From assembly GCA_012295275.1 (NCBI GenBank), contig CM022677.1, positions 24,800,001 to 24,864,000 of the forward strand: 64,000 nt of DNA, given 5' to 3'. Positions within the stretch are counted from its first letter, which is position 1. Each line of letters begins with the position of its first letter. The translations under genes were made by a program, and so were the position numbers. This DNA is from Chrysomallon squamiferum. Its lineage: Eukaryota; Animalia; Mollusca. The notes under the pieces were generated by a model. That model made no database searches and was not told the origin of the DNA. It saw nothing but the letters and a program-made list of their open reading frames with translations. Shown here in pieces: positions 54,144 to 64,000 of this stretch.

Positions 54144-55322
54144 ATGTTTCCACGATTCAGTCTTTTGTTTTGGGTTTTGTTTTGCATTTTGATACCATCA
54201 GTGCTCGCTAAACCAGCAGGTACGTTAACCTAAGCATTAAATACAACAACAACGTCGACGACAACATCACTGTCCGATAGTAGCAATTGTCAGGTCGTTG
54301 TGGTGATAGTAAATTTGCGGTAATACTGTTAATAAATTTATATTAGTGATAAATGTAGAAATCATAGCTGGTTATTGTGACGTAAAGATCAATATAGAAG
54401 ATGTGATACTGAAATCTTTGAAAGTAGTTATAGTAGTTGTAGTAGTAAAAATATTGACAGTATAATGTTACTCTTAATTATTTACGTAATAGTCTTATAG
54501 TAAAAATGTTTTAAATATAATGTTACTATTAATTGTTTATGTAATAGTATTGTAGTTGTAAAAATGTTGACAATACAATGTTACCATTAATTGTTTATGT
54601 AATAGTATTGTAGTAGTAAAAATGTTGAGAATATAATGTTACTATTAACTGTTTATGTAATAGTATTGTAGCAGTAAAGATGTTGATTACTTATGTTGAT
54701 TAAATTGTTGATTACTTATGTAGTCGTTGTCGTTGTACAAATACTTGTAATGGTAATAATAATAATAATACTGTTGGCAGCAGTTGTAATAGCAAAACCG
54801 TTGATGTTTGAAGTAATTCGTCTAATTTCAGATCACGTGATAAGAAAACGTCAGCTCGGAGCTACATTTGCTGTCGGCTGCGCAGCCTTCACTGGGATAC
54901 GACACTGTTCCAACATCTTCGACGACTGCCCGCCGCATGTCTGTGACGTCGTCGAAGCACCATGCAGTTTGAGCAAGATGGCAATCCCTTTCGAGGAAAT
55001 CTGCAAACCGGAAGTAAAAGCGGCCATTGAGAAGTTTATCAGAGTGGAGATTTTTTCCAAAGTTGACGCCGGAGCAGAAGAAGTGAAACACGCCATGGAA
55101 AACCTGGGCAAACAGATATCGAACGATCTGGAACAGTTTGCAAAATCTGTGCAAGACTTTGGCGAAAACGTCGGTAAAACTTTGAACGAATTTGGCAAAG
55201 ACACAGCCGAGAAAACCGAAGAGTTTTGGAAGGACGTTGGCCATAAAATAAAAGATTTTTTTGATAATTTAGGCAATACTATCGCAAAGGGATTCAGTTA
55301 TGTTAAAAATATATTTGTATAA
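54144..55322 (+). CDS. Array copy 5 (188 aa, no GPI signal, predicted secreted)
   Basis: Exons 54144-54219 (long leader) and 54832-55322. Confidence 0.8.
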
Positions 55323-57984
55323 GTGATTTAATATTTCTAATAAACTGGTAAAGGAAAAATGTGACAGTAACATTAACAAATTTACAATTATTAATTATAA
55401 TTATGTGAAGTATAATAAATAGATAAATAAAAGCCACGTATAAATACAATTATGATAAGAAAGTACTTGGAATTTATTTCACAAACTTATTTCTCTAATT
55501 CTAATTCTTTTCATTTAGGTTTAAGCGGTGTTGACAAATTCATACTCTAGTTTCACAGTAACATATGTTTTAAACGAACATATGAATTTTCTTGTGACTT
55601 GTATCAAGTTTTATGGTCAAATGCACAATTAACTTTGGTTGCTGTGTTTTGTTGTAAGTAGCTATTTGTTTATTTTTTATATATAGTATTGTGATTGTAA
55701 GTTACCTTCTTATTAATCATTTTTATGACATTTGCTTTCATTCTGTTTTTAGAACATGTTTTTAACGAGTGTAATATTTGTTTTAAAAATGATCTTATTC
55801 AGTGTACATACTAATATATTTTATGTGTCTCATCAGTTTAATTAGGATACATAACACTATGTTTATGTAATCGTATTGTAGTGGGAAAAATGTTGACAAT
55901 ATAATGCTACTATTGTTTACGTAATGGTAAAAATGTTGACAATATAATGTTACTATTGTTTACGTAATGGTATTGTAGTGGGAAAAATGTTGACAATATA
56001 ATGCTACTATTGTTTACGTAATGGTAAAAATGTTGACAACATAATGTTACTATTGTTTACGTAATGGTATTGTAGTGGGAAAAATGTTGACAACATAATG
56101 TTACTATTGTTTACGTAATCGTATTGTAGTGGTAAAAATGTTGACAATATAATGCTACTATTGTTTACGTAATGGTATTGTAGTAGTAAAAAAGTTGAAA
56201 ATATAATGTTACTATTAATTGTTTATGTAACAGTTGTAGCAGTAACGATGTTGACATAAATATTTTTCTGTACGCCACAGTATTCTGGTGTTAGACGGCT
56301 TGTACAAAATTTAACTAGCTTCAGTATTTTAGTAACACTTGTGTTTCTGCGTAATAAATTTAAAAAAAATATAAAATTGTTTTTCTTTGTTAGTTAGAAC
56401 GCGTTTGAGTTTTTTTTGTAAATATCACTTTTTATATATCTACGTTTAACCCAGTTAAAAATATATTTAAGGAAAAATATATAAATTTATTATTACAGAA
56501 ATAAGCTATAATGTAAGTAAAACCTTTTTATTATTACATTATTATTATCAAAGTGTGAAGTGAGAAAGGCGATTGTAATTACAACAGAAAAAAAAATTAA
56601 TAATAATAATAATAAAAATAAAATGTGAAGTAAAAATTCTCTACATACAAGAAATGTTTCTAACGGGAGTTAACTAACTGCCTGGCGTTTGAAGTGTACC
56701 AAGTACAACAGGTGAACAACAGAAGCGGGGACTACCCTGTAGTATGACGGACACAGTATTACCAACAGGTGTTAGTCGCCTAAATCGTCTGCGTTTAAGT
56801 CGTCAGGTGCGCAGGTCTTACCTCAGCCAGAGTCGCGATTTTTCTGTAACGTTATTTCCAATAAAATAATCCCTTATCTAAGTCGTCACGTGACACTTCG
56901 TCTTAGGAACACACACAAACCACAGTTAATTGCTTGCTCTGATTCATCAGAGGGGAAACCCCTCGATACAGTCTCGCACAATGACACGCGTTACCTCAAA
57001 GTTACTGGAATGCAGGTAGACAGGCGCTGTGCGTTGGTATTATTGATATGCACGTGACTTGTCTCGTGCTTGGAGTGCGTTGAATTAACAATATTATTTC
57101 GGAAAGCGGCGCTCACGAGAGTGACTTATTTTAGTGTACAAAATGGCGACTAGCGGAAAGAGACGGGTAAATAACCAAGACTTTACAAGGAGAAAAGGGA
57201 AATAATTAAGTACTGTGAAGTCAGTCTGACGTCGGAGAGAATTAAAATTTCCCCGCACAACACTGAATGACATTTAAAAAAAAAAAAAAATAATAATAAT
57301 AATAAAAAAATCTAAAAGTGATCGAAGCCATCGAGAAGGCCGTGCATACCGATTCAAGGAAAGGGGCTTGAAACGCATCAATCACGTGACGTTTGAAGAT
57401 GTCGACTCCGACATTGGTGATGACAAATGGCTGCTGGAACTGAAATTCGTATCGATGGTCAAATGCTGCTTCAAAAAGAACGAGGCCCTCCCGAGCAACT
57501 TGGTCACGAGGATGGTGAGAAAGTGAACGACAGTTGGACTGATCGTTTTAAGGAAATGGGTGGGGAATCGTAAAAGTGATGAAAGCAGATGAATCTGGCG
57601 GTGTTAATACAGCAGTTAGTTGAAGAATGGAAAACAGAGAAACTTAAGGACATTCATCATTCGGAAACTGAACATTATACAAATACAATGCCACCCTGTA
57701 GATCGTGCCAGCTGGCAAGCTGCCAAGCGATCCCTTTAAAGATTACGGCGTAATCTGGCCGCAGAGTAAAATTATCCCCATAATATCCACATCCCACCCC
57801 CAAGCTTAGTAACGGAGGTGATAATCTCCAGTTCTCAGTGTACTTCTATGTTACAATTTAGGAAACTCCAAAATATTTAATTTTTTTTTTTAGGTTTGTA
57901 GATTGTGCTCCTAAAATAGTCTGATTTTTTTTTTTTTTTTTTTTTTTTTTTCACGAAACTTGTAGATATGAGACACGTATGCTA

Positions 57985-58080
57985 TCGACGTCATTCATAT
58001 GACGTCATTAAGACGAAAAAAACCCACCCACCCCCATCCAAAAAACAACTTGAGGATTTTCGCTTGCGCCATTTTTACTA
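57985..58080. promoter_or_regulatory. Candidate promoter elements upstream of the ABCA gene
   Basis: Perfect CRE TGACGTCA at 58000-58007, a second GACGTCA just upstream, and a YY1-type CGCCATTTT at 58067-58075; ~1.3 kb before the ATG. Confidence 0.35.
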
Positions 58081-58859
58081 ATCACCGTATCAATACAATT
58101 TAAAAAATTAAAACGCCTGGTGTATTAAAGCATTTCAGCTGGATTTATAGTTGTGTTGCGTTTACAGGGCTACATTAAAGTATTTTTCAGACTAAACCTC
58201 GCTACCTTTTTTTTTTCTTTCTTTTTTTCTTTCTTTTTTTTTTTTTTTTTTTTCTTATCGGAGGGGGCGGCTTATATAACGATACACTTTATATATGAAT
58301 ACTGTTTTCAGTTTCAAATAATGTATAAGCTGCTTCTGAAAAGATAGGAACCTGAACTGGTTGAAACAGTTGATTATCGTTGCATTAAATCATTAAACAT
58401 ATTGGCTTGTCACCGCGTGCGTATTGAAACCAAACGCACATTCTGAAAATAACGTCTGTATGAAGTTTTTTTTTTTTTTTTCAGTTTCAACGATATACAC
58501 TTGTCAGTGTTGTAATCAATTACACTGGCCACTTAGTGCTATCACAACAAGTCTAGTGTGTGTCATAAAACACACACACACACACACACACACATATTAA
58601 GCAACCTAAAGCACCTGTACAAAACAATGGGAACAGACTTTTATTTGTATTTTTTTTTTTTTGTTCCTTCCTTAATTTTTACGAAGACTGCAAAAGGATC
58701 ACAGCTTATCAAACAATTACAAGTTAATACAGAAGAGATTTAGTTTTAATGTCTTTCATTTAGTTATTGTTGGGTACAGTTCTACTTACAGCAATAAAAC
58801 CACCAACAATAGACAACGAAGAAAAACTGTAATAACTATAGCCAGTCATAATGATGACG

Positions 58860-58897
<38 letters not shown>

Positions 58898-59366
58898 CAT
58901 CATCATAACAACAACACAAGAACAAGAGCAAGATGACAACGACAACATAATATCAACACCATTATCAACATCATTCATCAACAACAACAATTACAATAAC
59001 AAAAAACACTAAAAAATATTAATTCCGATTTGTGCTCAGAACATCCCTCCTTTAATTGCGTCATAAAGGAAATCGGAAGTGTTTAATATTTATTGAATTA
59101 CGAATTATTTTATTATCTAAAAAAAAAAAGTAATAATAATAATAATAAAAATAATAATCATAAAGAAATAACAAAGACAAAGTCAAATTAATTAAGTTTT
59201 TATAATAAAAAGCAACCATGTTGATTATCGCAAAATCACGTTTGCACGTTATTTCGTTTGACAACACTAGCTCAATGGCGCTTTCTGTCAACATTGCAGT
59301 AACGCTGTAAAAAACAAACCGTTATAAAGACATCAAATAATAAATATTTATATATGTGAACATATT

Positions 59367-63279
<3,913 letters not shown>

Positions 63280-64000
63280 GTAAGCAAAAAGTTTATTTAC
63301 ATTTTCTTTCTTTTCTTTAGTTTCAAAGTTCTTGCTTATTATTGTTCTTCAAGGTAAATTTTTTTTTATTATTTTGATTGTTGGTGGTTTTGTTTTGTTT
63401 TTAAATTTTTATTGCTATTTATTTATTTTAAATTTATTTTAGTTATGTTAAGCTAATTTTAGTTTATTTCTTTTTTTGTTATTTTATTTTAAACCTCTTG
63501 TTTGTTATTTTTCTTGAATTAAAGTTTTTATTATTTAGAGACAGCTTTTTGTTTTTATATTGATATTTATTTATTTATTATTTTTTATTTTATTGCTGTT
63601 TATTTTTTTTTTTGTTTTATTTTATTTATTTATTTATTTATTTATCTATTTATTTATTTATTTATTTTAGTTTAGTTTATCTTTTTTTTTCTTTTTTTTC
63701 TAAGATTATTATTATAATTTGGTTTTTGAATTTTTATTTTCAACATTTCAGAGTTTTTGATTTGGTTTTGTTTCTTCTCATTTGTGATTTTTTCTTTTTT
63801 TTCTTGGTTGTTTTGTTTATTTTGGCTTGGTTTCATTTTATATATTTATCTGAGATCTATTTTATTTAAATATATTTATTTACTTATTTATTATTTTTAT
63901 TTTATTTTATTTAAAATTATTTATTTATTTATGTTTTTTTTTTGTTATTTATTTTTTATTATTTCATTTAAATTTATTTTATTTTCTTTTTTTTTATTTA

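Larger units (their letters stand above)
31525..57827 (+). repeat. Five-copy head-to-tail tandem segmental duplication (units ~4.6-5.7 kb)
   Basis: The homologous main exon starts at 33491, 39231, 44656, 50187 and 54832. Flanks are near-identical. The recurrent junction GGAGGTGAG(A/G)ATCT-GTGCTGG occurs at ~37226, ~42412, ~47589 and ~53097. Unique sequence resumes after ~57827. Confidence 0.95.

Overview
AT-rich, microsatellite-saturated eukaryotic DNA with GT-AG introns. The repeat style and protein families suggest a mollusc, possibly a cephalopod (inference only). One scaffold gap lies at 10421-10620. The window has four blocks. (1) 1-14.8 kb: 12 divergent, single-exon, phase-1/phase-1 Ig-like domains with an unusual 6-Cys signature, which I resolve into three apparently secreted multi-Ig genes (A: +, at least 5 domains; B: +, leader plus at least 4; C: -, leader plus 3). 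(2) 17.0-30.7 kb (-): a complete 14-exon, ~653-aa type-I membrane protein with two ependymin/LolA-like repeats. (3) 31.5-57.8 kb (+): a recent 5-copy tandem array (4.6-5.7 kb units) of an unrecognised gene encoding signal peptide, RKR/Q convertase site, 6-Cys domain and 11-mer amphipathic (apolipoprotein-like) repeats. Copies 1-2 end in a GPI-type signal; copies 3-5 lost it through a deletion and look secreted. (4) 59.4-63.3 kb (+): the first six coding exons of an ABCA3-like lipid transporter carrying two 1-bp frameshifts. Most long ORFs in the supplied track are microsatellite artefacts. All gene models were built by hand from splice signals and frame continuity; no database search was run.
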